A stretch of DNA of 57,218 bases, taken from NCBI RefSeq assembly GCF_001194135.2, contig NC_068982.1:91598671-91655888 (forward strand). The letters are read 5' to 3'. Shown here piece after piece: positions 12,501-25,179 of the stretch. The position numbers and the translations under genes are program-made. This DNA comes from Octopus bimaculoides. Its lineage: Eukaryota. Numbering within the stretch: position 1 is the first letter of the stretch; each line of letters starts with the position of its first letter. The notes beneath the pieces were generated by a model, which made no database searches, had not been told where the DNA came from, and saw only the letters and a list, made by a program, of their open reading frames with translations.

Positions 12501-12897
12501 CTATTTTTCTCTATAAAAATATAAGATTAGCAGAACCAGCAGTGCCGTATATTTTCTATATTGCTTCGTATTTTTGACTTGTTGCAAAAACTAAAGAAAG
12601 CTTGCATATTGTGTGTGTGTTTGTGTATGTGTGTATGCATGTGTGTGTATGAGTGTGTGTGCGTGCGTGTGTGTATGCGCGCGCATATTTATTTATTTAT
12701 ACAATTTCGTTCATAGGATTGGTCCATATATATATTATGTATAATTTATTTTCAGTTAAATTACATATATTTTCTTCAAAGGACATTTTTCTGTATATGA
12801 CTGAGCATTGTAACACAATAATTTTAAATAAAAACATATTTATTTCAGTAATTAAAGAAGTATACCTCATTTTTTAATAACAAATTTCTGTTGATGT

Positions 12898-13013
<116 letters not shown>

Positions 13014-13579
13014 TAGCACTACACAGTGATAGAATAAATTGAAATGTAAGGTAAGCATAGGAGCTTGTATTTTTTTGTAGACATATTTTAGCCTTTCTAT
13101 ATGTTTACTAAAAAATATAAATTTTCTTTACATTTCTAATTATCCTGTCCATGTGTAGTGCTTCACATTGCCAATGGGTGTTCTGTTTTGCAAATTGCGG
13201 CAAACCGATGTTTGCATTTACTATAAATAGTTATAAGTTAATATTCTCTCCGTAGTCAGGAAATATGTTTTTCGTCCGTAATATTGAAACTTGTCAATCG
13301 ATCTATTTTTCTGGCTGCAAGGAAATTTCTGTGGTTTACCCGCACACTCTACGTTACACAATGAGGCTAAAACCGTACGTTTGGCCCCTTGATCCTGTGT
13401 GGACTGAGTTTCTCGCAGATACGCCACTAGCAGGGGTAACATTAGCTTGTTAGTTTAAGTATTCTAATTTTGATGGTCAAAGTTGCGATGCCGCTTTGGT
13501 GCGGTGATTTGCACACAAATATGTTTTAGAGCTGATACGAGGCGTTCGTTCCCGTAGGCAACATTACAACTATTTTTCA

Positions 13580-13860
<281 letters not shown>

Positions 13861-14172
13861 ATAGTAACATTATATATATTTATTTGGAGTGAACGAAGGT
13901 ACCGTATCTATGATTCTAGACCTAACAAAACCCGTGGAATCAATATGTTAGGTCTTTTTTGAACCTGTGCTAGTCTGGCTGCAGAGTAAAAAAAAGGGGC
14001 TCTCAGAAGAAAGAACTTCTGGGGACGAAGGATTGGGTTACATGCATTCACATATGTATGAACATATATATGCGCAAATGTGACTATCTTGCTACTAGGT
14101 TTGAGGTTTTCTGTTTCTCATTTCTTGAGAAAATTTTTGACTATAACCAGAAGAACACAATACATACACACG

Positions 14173-14217
<45 letters not shown>

Positions 14218-14304
14218 ACACACACACACTTGCGCACACAAAAATACTGACAGACATATATAATATATAACTGATTGTACTGCTTCCCTCATCTTGTTTA
14301 TAAT

Positions 14305-15390
14305 GAAGATTAATCTGCTCATAACAGCAGCAGTAAAGGATTCTAGATGGCCAATAATGGAACCTGGCACCTGCCAACTGGCATTGAGTAGCTTCATGGA
14401 TGATCTAGCCATAACAACTTCAATTCTTGTATAAGCAAGGCAAACCTTAAATATATTTAACGATGCGACAACATAGGTCAGAATGAAATTTAAGCCGCAG
14501 AATTTAAGAAACTCAATGTAAGTAACCAGCAAGTTCCGGCTCTAAGTTCAGAGTGATGTTATATCGTTCATTGAGTAGATCCCAATAAAATACTTTGATA
14601 AGTGTATAAAACCTCCTTTAAAGACCGAGACATTTAGGACGGAGAAACAAACAGATGACTGGCTGAGTAAAACAGAGAGATACAAGTTACCAGGTAACTT
14701 CAAGGCCAAACTCTTCCAGCATGAGCTGCTGATAAGGTTAATGCACTCGTTGCTGGTATATGAAACACTTATAACATCTGTTGAAGGAATCGAGAAGCGG
14801 GTGAACAAATAGTTCTGCAGATGGTTTGAAATACCAATAAGCTTCTCATTAGTCTATAAATCAGGTGTGGTCTGTTCCTGCTACCCCTATCATCAGTGGT
14901 CGAAGAGTTTAAGAATACAAAGTGCAGGACTACCGTAATGTACAGAGACTGAAGTGATGAAAAGATCGTAGATACAAGAGCAACCACAGGATCAGAAGCA
15001 AGTGGGACAGCCGAGAAAACGGTGAGATAGACAGAATGCAGTCTGTGTTTGAAGGAGATTATCTGAAACCCATGTTTAGGGCAACAGACTCGGAATACAG
15101 CAATGGAGATAAAGGGTACTCAAAGCTGAAGAGAGAGATGATTCAAGCTGAGATGAGACATTTGGAAGAGGGAGGACGAAGGCCCAGAACTGGAGACAAA
15201 GTGGTACCCGCCAAAGCCAAAGATTACATGGCCTGATCCTTGGAGACTAGATCCTTTTCAGTGACCTTGGAGAATTTGAACTCACAGCGCAGTGCCGGAA
15301 TAATGCTGCAAAGTATTGTACTTGATGCGCCAACGAAGGGATAATCATGACGGGAATATTCACTCTAAGCCTACTTGAGGTTTAACAACA
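14305..15390 (+). mobile_element. RLE-type non-LTR retrotransposon (Hero/NeSL-like), degenerate RT C-half
   Basis: Translation INLLITAAVKDSRWP...SFMDDLAIT...MKFKP...PIKYFDK...WLSKTERYKLPGNFKAKLFQHELLIRLMHSLLVYE...KITWPDPWRLDPF matches AFMDDL, LPGKFKAWIYQH.LPRL.WPLLVYE and RKITW..IW motifs. Confidence 0.78.
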
Positions 15391-16726
15391 ACATTGGTTA
15401 CAATACCAGTAATATTTACTTCTACTGCTACAAGAAACAACAGCAGCATCAGCACATCAGCAGTAATACACAAACAGCAACACTACAGGAGCATTCGAAG
15501 ATGTTTAAGAAAATAAATGTTCTCGACTAGGGACTGAAATATGTTTTAAGATAATTAGATTTTTTTGTTTCTTGTATACAAAAAAAGGATCGTGCAAGAA
15601 TAGTGTGGGAAATATAAAAGAAATATCTTGGTGTCCTATGAAAAAGGACCAGCTTGACTTGCAATTTTTGCAATTGTCGATGAAGAAGCTTTATAATGCG
15701 ATCTATTCATCTATGAATATAACATAATGACACAGTAGATAAAAAAGTATAAACACAATAGATTTCTTTCGTGGTAACTACAGGTTCACAACGACAAATA
15801 ACAACAAATATTGATAACAATAAAAGATATAAACTATATAGTTGGTGTCAGAAACAACGACAGCGACAACATGTACAAATTACTTACTTTACGCAGTTTT
15901 AATTGTTTAAAAAGAGAGATTTTATCAGTTTCGAGGAATGATTTATTTATTATTTTAGGGGGAGAAGTGGAGAGGGAAAAATATATAATGTAAGATAAGG
16001 AGGGAAGTTGGACAGTGTATGTATGCAGGTAGGTGTATGTGTAAGTAGGTGGTTGGGTATATGATAAAGAAAAGGTAAATTAGAGAGAGCAATAGAAAGA
16101 GAGAGTGTGAGTGGTAGTTATTGAGGAGAAGGTGGAAGAGGAGGAAAAGAGAGACTAAATTAATGCATTAAACACAGAGGACTGTCTTTTATTTGTAATT
16201 TCCGCCTAACTTATTTGTCGTATTCACACACATACACATGGACGTATGTAAACACCATCTTTATTACTGCATACTTCAATTAAAAGTTTTATAAGAATGT
16301 CTTGTTAACAATTGTTAACAACTTTGTTGTTCAATCAACAACAGCTCATCACATTAATAGATACAAAACAAGACCAAGAGAACATCTAGTCTGGTCAAAA
16401 TAGATTTCTTACCAGTCATATTTAATCATTTGGCAATTTTCTTCATCGTGACAGTGGATATATTTTTCCTTTAGAACTCAGGGGTAGCTGTTGCAAGTTC
16501 AAATCTCACTCGAATAAGCACCCCTTTTTTTCTCAACCCGTATGTCTACATTTGTGGGCGTGCTTGAGTGTTCATGCATAAGTGAGTTTGTATGTCATTC
16601 AGTTTTATTTCAAGATTGCTTGCCATTAGAGATAGATCCGATTTCTAACCCAGGTCCAAGGCTCCTTCATTGGAATTCCAACATCAAAAAACAGAGTATT
16701 TTTCTTTGTATGTATGTATGCATGTA

Positions 16727-17056
16727 TGAGAGAGCAGTGCATGCCATCAAAGTGACATTGGGGTAAAATATACGAAGCCCAATATACCCATCATGACTAC
16801 CCGTCTGATAAGGGTACACCAGGCACATGCTCCCCCACTACTTCTGCTCATGATCAGAGATGCACATATCGTCAGCTACCAAGGGACATGCTCAACTGGT
16901 TAAGGTCAGACAACTGACAAGCAAATCTGTGGTATTAAGCAGAATATTTTCTGTAGCTCATCTTTTATACCAAGACAAAACAATGTACATGATAACACTT
17001 CCAATCGATTAAGATCAGAAGCCATGAGAGCCACTGCCTGGTACTGCATCAGGGCA
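16727..17056 (+). repeat. Interspersed repeat family D (internally deleted copy), probable retroposon 3' end
   Basis: Reverse-complement homolog of 31801-32303; lacks ~230 bp present there; ends in a (TATG)n tail. Confidence 0.8.
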
Positions 17057-17454
17057 TTATGTATGTATGTATGTATGTATGTATGTATGTATGTATGTAT
17101 GTATGTATGTGTGTAGATTTGTATCAGAGTATTTGTATGAGACAGACAAGAGCCTCAAATTAACAACAGACTAGAGGTCAGCAATCAATATATTATTTAG
17201 CTTCATTTGGATGCTTGTAGATTCATTTTTGATAACATGCTCATGTATGATACATAGTTAAGAAGCATCGCTACGGATGTGCCAACAAACACGAGCTTGA
17301 GACATAGCCACTCTGACGCACTTCTCATGAAGAATTCCGGAAAGAGCTTCGTGAGACCACTGCAGAGACGCTTCGGGGAAAAATTCAGTAACCTTTGGAA
17401 AACCGACTCGATCAATTCCTAGCGATACCGGAAGAAGGAACTTTTATATTCCGA

Positions 17455-18300
17455 AATTTTATTATTATATCAGACTATGGATAATTAAATTATAACAGTT
17501 ATTATAGTCCACTCTGCATTGTTGTGCCATTCAAGACACGTTATACTTCGCAGATTTGTATGTTTTGCTTTATGTATCTATTCTCATGTATATAGTTGCA
17601 TATCAAGACATGCTCATATATATTTAAATGATAAACTTCTGGAAAGTTTTACAGATTTTTACAGTTCCAATAATGGATCGGATCTGTAGTCTTCGAATTA
17701 GCTTTCTCCTTTCTGGTTTTGAGAAGCCTAATTTCTCAAGATTAGTATTTAGGCAGTGTTATTTATCACAGGGCCCCAATAATTACAGGTATAAATCTGG
17801 ACTTGTAATCTGGATAGAGTAACTGCAGATTTCTCAATAGTTCAGCATAGGTGCTCTCTTTTTCACTGATCTTCAGGTTTATATTAACGTCCGCTGGGCA
17901 GCTAATTTCCACAACTGCACGCAGTTTCTTTTCTCTATCCCAAATCATTATATCAGGTCTATTGTGCTTACATGTTATTGTACGAATGTATGGTGTCGCA
18001 TAGCCAAAGATTACCGTGAATTTTTTTAGAGACACTTTCAAATTTATCAGAATATTGAGGCTGAAGATTGGAATAGTGAAATTTCCATTCACTTAACCAT
18101 GAAACGATTCGTATCCAATTAACTAAAGGCTTGGCTTGTTTACGCTTTTCCCTCCGGTTTTTTGTTCTATGTGTGCCATAAATATCGCCATCCACTTTAG
18201 AGAAAATTTGTAGTTTGGAATCAGTAGTTCTTTGACTGCTATTTCTAAATTTTCAGTATGTTGGAGAAGCAACTCAATTGCTAATCCCTGTATATTTATA
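17455..18300 (-). mobile_element. RLE-type LINE 3' end (restriction-like endonuclease domain)
   Basis: KHNRPDIMIWDREKKLRAVVEISCPADVNINLKISEKESTYAELLRNLQLLYPDYKSRFIPVIIGAL...IGTVKICKTF: PD-(D/E)xK RLE signature; segment 17990-18312 is repeated at 18570-18892 across a gap. Confidence 0.82.
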
Positions 18301-18939
18301 ATGATAAATATCNNNNNNNNNNNNNNNNNNNNNNNNNNNNNNNNNNNNNNNNNNNNNNNNNNNNNNNNNNNNNNNNNNNNNNNNNNNNNNNNNNNNNNNN
18401 NNNNNNNNNNNNNNNNNNNNNNNNNNNNNNNNNNNNNNNNNNNNNNNNNNNNNNNNNNNNNNNNNNNNNNNNNNNNNNNNNNNNNNNNNNNNNNNNNNNN
18501 NNNNNNNNNNNNNNNNNNNNNNNNNNNNNNNNNNNNNNNNNNNNNNNNNNNNNNNNNNNNNNNNNNNNNATGGTGTCGCATAGCCAAAGATTACCGTGAA
18601 TTTTTTTAGAGACACTTTCAAATTTATCAGAATATTGAGGCTGAAGATTGGAATAGTGAAATTTCCATTCACTTAACCATGAAACGATTCGTATCCAATT
18701 AACTAAAGGCTTGGCTTGTTTACGCTTTTCCCTCCGGTTTTTTGTTCTATGTGTGCCATAAATATCGCCATCCACTTTAGAGAAAATTTGTAGTTTGGAA
18801 TCAGTAGTTCTTTGACTGCTATTTCTAAATTTTCAGTATGTTGGAGAAGCAACTCAATTGCTAATCCCTGTATATTTATAATGATAAATATCTTTGTATA
18901 TATATATATATGTATATATATATATACATAGAGAGAGAG

Positions 18940-19409
18940 AGATTAAAACAGAAAAGAGAAGGCAAATAGTTTGGCAAGACTTGATAAGGACATTGAATTT
19001 AGCTATATAATGAAAGGTCTACATGGTCTCTAATAACTGTTTCTAGAACAACCCAGCTATTATCCCATCGTATCGAGCGAGGATTGCATAAGCCGAGTAT
19101 TCCGAGTATTATGTCTAAAAGGGAGGAGAAATGCAATCAAATGCATTTCTCCTCTCTTTATAGATATAATGAACCACAATAAGTATCATTGATGAGAAAT
19201 ATTTTTCCACTCTTACATATGCTTAACTTATCTCTCTCCGATGAAGGAATACTCGGCCTATGGAATCCTCACTCGACACGATGTTCCATTAGTTGGGATA
19301 TTCAACAAACATTTGTTAGAGACGATGTAAACCTTTTATTATAGAGCTAAATTTAATGTCCTTGTCAAGTCTTGCCAAACTGTTTACCTTTTCTTTTCTT
19401 CTTTAATCT
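18940..19409. mobile_element. Fold-back/MITE-like element with ~165-bp imperfect terminal inverted repeats
   Basis: aggcaaatagtttggcaagacttgataaggacattg...aagccgagtattcc pairs with ggaatactcggcct...tgtccttgtcaagtcttgccaaactgtttacct; extra internal hairpin gaggagaaatgca/tgcatttctcctc. Confidence 0.8.
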
Positions 19410-19620
19410 TTACCTACTGGTTCAAGGGGAGGCCACCTCTAGCCGCTTTAGTAAGGCAATCACAAAATAACATCTTCAACTGCAGTTCAAGCCGGAATCT
19501 TAGTAGCATATCAATTTCAGCACTCAGAGCGCATACTTATTCGTTTAAGTCACCCTGACGAAAACTCCTCGTATTTTTTATACATACATACACACAAGCA
19601 TACATACATACATACATACA

Positions 19621-19652
<32 letters not shown>

Positions 19653-19718
19653 CATGTATATGTATATATGTATGTATNNNNNNNNNNATATGTATGTATG
19701 TATGTATGTATGCATGTG

Positions 19719-19779
<61 letters not shown>

Positions 19780-19781
<2 letters not shown>

Positions 19782-20026
19782 TAATGTTTGTATGCCAACA
19801 GGTTGTGGCAGTTGTATAAAGGACGATGTTACTGTTGTTTTAGCCCCAGGGAAACATCTTTTCCAGCTGGCTAGCGACACAGTTTGTGTCCGTATAGCAT
19901 TTGCAAGGAACTAAAACAACAGTTACATCATCCTTTATAGGACTGTCACATTCAGTTGGCATAGAAACATTACTATAAGGTACTGTTAAAGTATTTCTCT
20001 CGCTCAGAGATTTAAAACAAGTTGTT

Positions 20027-20030
<4 letters not shown>
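19780..20030. repeat. Interspersed repeat family E: 64-bp IR, 67-bp core, 64-bp IR, asymmetric tail
   Basis: 19780-19843 is the inverted repeat of 19911-19974; homologs at 44707-44895 and 50486-50718. Confidence 0.82.
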
Positions 20031-20102
<72 letters not shown>

Positions 20103-20107
<5 letters not shown>

Positions 20108-20420
20108 GAGGTCTGATCAATAAGTATCTGGACTGTTGCTATAGTAACGAAGCTAAAGCACGCAAAGTGAAACCGCTTGGCAAAGATTGACCTTGAACTC
20201 TGTTGTGTAAGGGCATTGAATTTTAACATTCTAGATCACTTCCGCTGTTTACAGCAATGCTTAGAAGGAAGGTGTGTAGCTTGTGATAGTTACGTTGACT
20301 ATAACAGAAAATGTTGTCATAGCGATACCTGCTCAGAGTCCTACGCAAAGTTGCAAAAAGTCTATGGCAAGTAGTGTATGATCCGCTCACAAGTGTACGA
20401 GGGGTTCAGACTTTCGGCTA
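20103..20420 (+). mobile_element. Mariner 5' end fragment (TIR plus start of HTH)
   Basis: tacatgaggtctgatcaataagtatctggact is a TIR-like start; ESYAKLQKVYGK*CMIRSQVYEGF matches the mariner N-terminal HTH (ET...L..VYG...MSR..VYEW). Confidence 0.65.
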
Positions 20421-20830
20421 TAAAAAAAATAAATAAATAAAACAACATAGAGTCTTTCGACTATCTGATTGTGTAGTAAGCTAGCGCAAGGAAAAAGGAA
20501 ATGGGAAAATCTTAACTGATCGGGTGGCGAGACAGAACAGAACAGATGCGACTGACCCCAAATGCGATCAAGCGATAAAGAACGACTATTCTTACACCGG
20601 ACAACGATCTCATAGTAAAGGAGGGTTGGAGTTGGCGACGGCAGAGGACTAAGGAATAGGAGGGAGGGGAAAGAAATCAAAGGGACCAAATAACGAGAGG
20701 GAAGGATCACAGAATGTGAGGTAGGGAGAGAGAGATATGTATATATATATGTACGTATATTTATATATGTATTTATATATGTATACACACACACACACAC
20801 ACCACGCGCGCACGCATACATACTTATAAT

Positions 20831-21036
20831 AGTTTCAAATTTTGGCACAAGGCAACAATTTCGGGGGCAGGAGTGAGTCGCTTACATTGATCCCAGTGCT
20901 CAACTGGTACTTCATCGACACGAAAGGATAAAAGGCAAAGTCGACCTCGGCGGAATTTGAACTCAGAGCAAAGGACGACTGAAATGCCGCTAAGCCCTTT
21001 GCCAAGCGTGCTTTCAGTTTTGATAGCTCGCCGCCT
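20831..21036 (-). mobile_element. tRNA-derived SINE family B
   Basis: ggcaaagtcgacctcggcggaatttgaactcaga (reverse complement contains B box gagttcaaattcc); ends at the head agctcgccgcct. Confidence 0.85.
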
Positions 21037-21162
21037 AACATACATACATACATACATACATACATACATTTAATACCTACATACATAGATGATACTTACA
21101 CACACACAAACACACACGTACAAACACATGTATATGTGTGTGAATATATATGTATATATAAA

Positions 21163-21376
21163 CAGGGTTGGCCAAAAGTCAACCATTTAATTCCAAGATT
21201 TATTTATGTTTAACAACTGAATGAATTTAATAAAAGCATCTAAACATGAAACGTCATGAAAATAGTTTAAATTTAAGTCCTTCTTGAGGGATACATTTTT
21301 CCATTCGAGTGAATACAGAATTACAGATAATATTTATGGAATTCTGGTTTTACTGTCGGGTGATTTTTGGCCAACC

Positions 21377-21379
<3 letters not shown>
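21163..21379. mobile_element. Tc1/mariner-derived MITE
   Basis: TIRs cagggttggccaaaagtca / tgatttttggccaaccctg, TA on the right; minus strand retains SVFTRMEKCIPQEG, like a Tc1 C-terminus. Confidence 0.75.
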
Positions 21380-21413
<34 letters not shown>

Positions 21414-21484
21414 GTATACATGTATATATGTATATCTGTACGAATGTGTGTTTGTATGCACGTATGTTTATGAGTATGTATGTG

Positions 21485-21599
<115 letters not shown>

Positions 21600-22094
21600 T
21601 ATGTATATGTATATATGTATGTTTGTCTGATTGTATGTATGTGTGCTTGTATGTGTGTTTGTATGTGTATTTGTATGTGTGTGTGTGTGTATGTAAGTAT
21701 GTATTTGTTGTCGTGTCAAACTGTTTTTTCCTCAGCTCTTAAAGTACATCCAGTTCCACTTACTGAGTCCTGTTTCTATATACTAATATATCTGGATGTT
21801 TAAATGCGTTTTAGTAATATACGCTGATATATATGTGTGTGTATTATATGTATGAATAAATATATGCAATATAATACCTAGCAGCAATTTATTGAACTTA
21901 TATTATATCTGCGTATGTAGATATAATATAAATATTCCCACCCACACACGTATGTACATGTACATTTGTATGAATATGTATATGTATTTCTTTTACTCGT
22001 TCCAGTTATTTCACTGCGGCCATACTGGAGCGCCTATATATTATGTATATGTATATATATTAAAAAATTTATATAGTTTTAAAAAATCTTTTAC

Positions 22095-22283
22095 TTGTTT
22101 CAGTTATTAGACTGCGACCTTGCTGGAGAACCGCCTTGGATTTTTAGTTGAATGAATCGACCACAGTACTTACTTTTTAAGCCTGTTACCTATTCTATCA
22201 GTCCCTTTTGGCAAACCGCTAAGTTATGGGGACGTAAACACACCAACACCGGTTGTCAAGTGGTGATTAGGGGACAAACACAG

Positions 22284-22352
<69 letters not shown>

Positions 22353-22680
22353 TGCATGTGTCTGTGTTTGTCCCCTAATCACCACTTGACAACCGGTGTT
22401 GGTGTGTTTACGTCCCCATAACTTAGCGGTTTGCCAAAAGGGACTGATAGAATAGGTAACAGGCTTAAAAAGTAAGTACTGTGGTCGATTCATTCAACTA
22501 AAAATCCAAGGCGGTTCTCCAGCAAGGTCGCAGTCTAATAACGACGGGCTTCTTCCAATTTCCGTCTAGGTCGGCCTGAGGTTATAGCAGATGTCACTTG
22601 CCCAAGGTGCCACATAGTGGGACTGAACTCGGATCCACGGGTTTGGGAAGTAAGCTTATTACCACACAGCTACTTCTGTG
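22095..22680 (-). mobile_element. SINE family A with internal inverted duplication
   Basis: Head at 22600-22680 (tagctgtgtgg, gagttcagtcc on minus); distal body 22103-22290 is duplicated in inverted orientation at ~22355-22542 around (TA)n. Confidence 0.85.
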
Positions 22681-23049
22681 TCTATATCTCCTCTCTTCGC
22701 TCCTTTGCGCTACATGGGCTTCCCTCCCCTCTTCATCTAATTCCCCTCCACTCTCTCTTCCTCTCACACCTACTTCTCTTCACTCCCACCTACCTCTCCT
22801 TTCCTCTTTTGCTCTGACACCTACTTCCTCTCGAAAGCCAAGTTCACCAGCTGTTCGTATTGGAGATTCCGGCGCGAATGCCAAGCAGTACACCATGTCG
22901 TTTCCAAATTTTTGGCAGAGTGAATTGCGTCATGGTGGTATTTTTCTAACTGACTCTACTATACTGTGTAGTCAACAAAATCAAAAACAAACTATGCGCA
23001 TGCGTGAAATTAAAACTATAAAGTGGCGACAATTTACCCATCGCACTCT

Positions 23050-23096
<47 letters not shown>

Positions 23097-23120
23097 TATA
23101 TAAATGTGAATCTCTCTCTG

Positions 23121-23155
<35 letters not shown>

Positions 23156-23684
23156 ACATATAAATATGTGCGTGCGTGTATATATATGAAGAGAGAGCGA
23201 GAGAGAGGGAGAGAGAGATAAAGCGATAAAGAGAGAGAGAGAAAGAGAGGGAGACAGTCAAACAGATAGACAGAGACAAACAGAAACAGAACCAGATACA
23301 GAAAGAGAAAGAATATGAGAGTGTAAGGGAGACAGGTGCACGCTAATCCGTTTTTGCCGAACTAACAGAGATCATATAATCACAATACGGGTAAGTTTCT
23401 CGGAGATTGCCTCCACGCTATTCATACCCGTCTCGTTCGAAAATCAATAATTTTACAAACCATGATTTCTGGTTGTTTCCTACAAATACACTATGTGATA
23501 TATCTATACATCTGGGAATGCATTATCTAATGTATTCTTTTTGAAGTCGTTCCTTCCCAGAACATCTGCCTTTGTTGGAATCACTTCCTGCCCCGGGTGT
23601 GTATGTATGTGTGTACATGTGTATTGTGTGTGTGCATTGTGTGTGTGCATGTGTGTTTGCGTTTGTGCATATGTGCGTGTGTAT

Positions 23685-23732
<48 letters not shown>

Positions 23733-23789
23733 ACTTCATTGACAAAAATTCAAACTGAACATTAATTATATCAATACCACTAAGCGAAC

Positions 23790-24030
23790 AAAGGGACCTC
23801 AATGTGGCCACTCAATTTGCTAGACATAGCAACTAAACTTCCTCTCAAAATCACAAACAGCCGTCTTCATTAATCAATTCTCATTGGATAATATTGTCCT
23901 AGGCACTTATGTTCACACTGTATCATGATTTTAAAAAATGGTAAAAAGAAGTGATTTCGCCTGGAACGTCTTTGATCGTTGATCTATTCGTTCAGGGTTG
24001 TCCTAGCCGCAGACAACATCTCACCGGTTT
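23790..24030. repeat. Interspersed repeat family F (degenerate)
   Basis: gtggccactcaatttgctagacatagcaactaaacttcctctcaaaatcaca and downstream sequence loosely match the reverse complement of 51830-52035. Confidence 0.4.
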
Positions 24031-24374
24031 CGTGGGGCCTGCCAGTTCCTCTTGGCTAATAGACCCTCAGTAAATCAAGACTGACTATAAAACTACCCTT
24101 GTATGTGAAGGCCTGGGCAAGAATTTTTAAAAGAAGACTCTCAACTATTCATGCTTGTAAGAATCTCATCACACCATTGATGCTTATCCAACGCCAAGGC
24201 CGTCGATTTTGGGCCAATACAGCGAAACACCAGTATTGTTGTAGACTTTACTATCAGAAAGTAAAGAGCCTGGACAGATGCTGCTAGACATCTCACTTGA
24301 GCCTTAAACAATTCTACCAATCCATCGAGCTGGATTGTTACCGTTTTATCGATCTTTTCGGGATCGACAAAAGA

Positions 24375-24576
24375 ATAGGCACGAGACCAGCGGTTTTGAG
24401 GGGTGGGGATTAGTTGCTCTCCACCTCTAGTATTTTACTGGTACCTTATTCATTACCCGTAAGGATGAAAGCCAAGTTGACTACGGATGAATTTGAAGTT
24501 AGAACGTAAAAAGGCGGAAGAAATACCATAAAACAATTTTTCCGACGGTCTAATGATTCTACTAGCTCGATGCCTT
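24375..24576 (-). mobile_element. SINE family B, old copy
   Basis: aaggatgaaagccaagttgactacggatgaatttgaagttagaacgtaaa...agctcgatgcct aligns to family B. Confidence 0.7.
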
Positions 24577-25179
24577 ACACGCACTCTCAACGGCATCAGC
24601 TGCCGATAAAAAAATCATTGGATGTGGATGAAATTTTCAAGACAGGTCGGCTGAACAATGTTCTTTGTATGTTGTGTGAGGAAGTAGTTATGGTGATATT
24701 ATGCACTAGCTCTCCCTAGAAAATAAAATGCTAAAACCAACAAAACATATATCTCACAACTGTTAATTAAAACCCACTCCCAAACAGAAAACTTATTTGA
24801 ATACTATCTATTTTGTAGCTGCAAGCTTTATTGCTGATTATCAAAAATCACAAGGTAGTAGTGAGTTTATAAAAGAAGCTTTCTTGAAATATGTACCATC
24901 TTTATTTAATGAATTTCATAATAAAGACGCTATTATAAAGCGTATGATTAAGGTAGCAATGAGCACTAATTCTATTAAAATCGGAATTCTAACATAAAAA
25001 AAGACTATATTCAAGAACTTAAATATGTCATGAGGCTATTGATGTTACAACATCAGCTTGATTAGCTTTTATTGTACATTTTTTACAGGGATTCTTTTTA
25101 AAAGGAGTTAAAATAGAAAATTTAACGCAAAACATATAAGTTACTCATGTTAAATTGTTTTTTTTTTATGAAATACAAA

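Noticed and set aside
17330-17440. Possible Jockey/CR1-like C-terminal FK..LD.FL..IPD motif
   Set aside because: Short and needs frameshift correction.
17990-18892. Apparent 323-bp tandem duplication (17990-18312 and 18570-18892)
   Set aside because: Identical sequence on both sides of an N gap: an unmerged contig overlap.
22600-22680. tRNA gene candidates (also 10420-10492 and 26157-26225)
   Set aside because: A and B boxes are present but no full cloverleaf; embedded in multicopy SINE bodies.
22990-23005. tgcgcatgcgt, an NRF1-like promoter motif
   Set aside because: Single short motif with no other promoter evidence.
22598-23221. 207-aa ORF, the longest gap-free one
   Set aside because: Composed of an antisense SINE head, a CT-rich tract and microsatellites.
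24030-24300. Possible RTE-clade LINE 3' remnant (minus)
   Set aside because: Requires several frameshifts to see weak motifs; not supportable.
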